Assembly: GCA_028023455.1 (NCBI GenBank)
Contig: JAQFVV010000011.1
Span: 2,356,001 to 2,420,000 of the forward strand
Origin: Epiperipatus broadwayi
Lineage: Eukaryota; Animalia; Onychophora
Reading direction: 5' to 3'
Length of the DNA stretch: 64,000 bases
Every line of letters starts with the position of its first letter. Positions within the stretch are counted from its first letter, which is position 1. The notes beneath the pieces were generated by a model, which searched no databases, had not been told where the DNA came from, and saw nothing but the letters and a program-made list of their open reading frames with translations. A program made the translations under genes and the position numbers. Below are positions 63,222 to 64,000 of the stretch, one piece after another.

Positions 63222-63750
63222 GTGAACATCACATGATCACGATTTCTTATGCTTGCTCATAACTGTTATTAAAACAGGAAAAACTCTCCATAAAGTAGTG
63301 GCACTTAGTGCAAACCAGAGTAATCAATGGATACCACAAGGCTTGTGCATAAAATCCCTTAGTGCCTACTCACTCAATATCTTCAGACTAGTTTCTAGCT
63401 TGTGGCTTTCATCAGTGAGGACCTTTTGGATCTGAGAGTATTGCACCTAGATCTTAGAATTTAATGCAACCCTCCAATAGCCATATTTTATCTCTACTTA
63501 ACTACAAAACTATGAGTCTAGGTGCAGTGCTTTCAGATTTAAAGCTCCTCACTGACAAAAGCCACAAGCTAGAAACTAGTCTGGGATATTGGATGAGTAT
63601 GTATTAGATAGGGATTTTATGCACAAGGCTCTGGTATCCATTGATTTCTCTGGCTTGTACTGAGTGGCACTACTGTATAGATAGTTTTGCCTGTTTTAAT
63701 AACAGTTATGACCAAGCATAAGAAATGGTGATCATGTGATGTTCAATGGT
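63222..63750. mobile_element. Family B foldback copy B7 (most complete) with two hammerhead motifs
   Basis: Arms ~63222-63460 and ~63510-63750. The minus motif 63380-63421 is intact: tcctca-CTGATGA-a-AGC-cacaa-GCT-a-GAAA-CTAG-TC-tgaaga. The plus motif 63546-63587 has G8>A. Confidence 0.9.
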
Positions 63751-63769
63751 TTAATTGCAATCTTGACTA

Positions 63770-64000
63770 ATAGGATAGTGGTGGCTATCATTATTAAAGA
63801 ACCAAAGACACCAAAATGTATGAGTACTATACTGAGTTCAGACCTATATGACTATATAAGCTAATGAGCTTGGATTGAAAATATTATTGTGTTTTCAATT
63901 TTAGACTCATAGTTTTGTAGTTAAATGGAGATAAAAGGTGGTTGCTAAAGGGTTGCATTAGATCCTAAGATCTAGGTGCAGTGCTCTCAAATTGAAAGCT
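63770..64000 (+). repeat. Family B upstream region, running off the window just before its hammerhead
   Basis: ...gggttgcattagatcctaagatctaggtgcagtgctctcaaattgaaagct precedes cctcactga in the other copies. Confidence 0.75.

Noticed and set aside
1-64000. CRISPR arrays, rRNA genes, prokaryotic operons
   Set aside because: No regularly spaced repeats, rRNA signatures or dense coding. The sequence is eukaryotic and repeat-rich.

Overview
AT-rich, CpG-depleted eukaryotic DNA, most likely intronic or intergenic sequence from an invertebrate animal. I could not assemble any host protein-coding gene. Every recognisable ORF belongs to a transposable element: three L1/Tx1-like LINE pieces, an RTE LINE with TSDs plus fragments, an unclassified LINE 3' end, a near-full Penelope-like element (PLE; RT + GIY-YIG) with an inverted pseudo-LTR and 13-bp TSD, a second PLE endonuclease fragment, and two Tigger/pogo deletion derivatives. 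Non-coding elements include a hAT-type non-autonomous element carrying an AN1-zinc-finger-like fragment, tRNA-derived SINEs and several MITE-like foldbacks. The main hidden signal is RNA structure. Four short repeat families (here A, B, C, E) and both PLEs carry type I hammerhead ribozyme motifs (CUGANGA - stem II - GAAA - usually palindromic helix III - UH). These repeats recur as head-to-head inverted pairs with 3' ends pointing outward. The main PLE has a hammerhead with an unusual compensatory A3-U8 core pair. All alignments, folds and identities were done by eye; none was computed.
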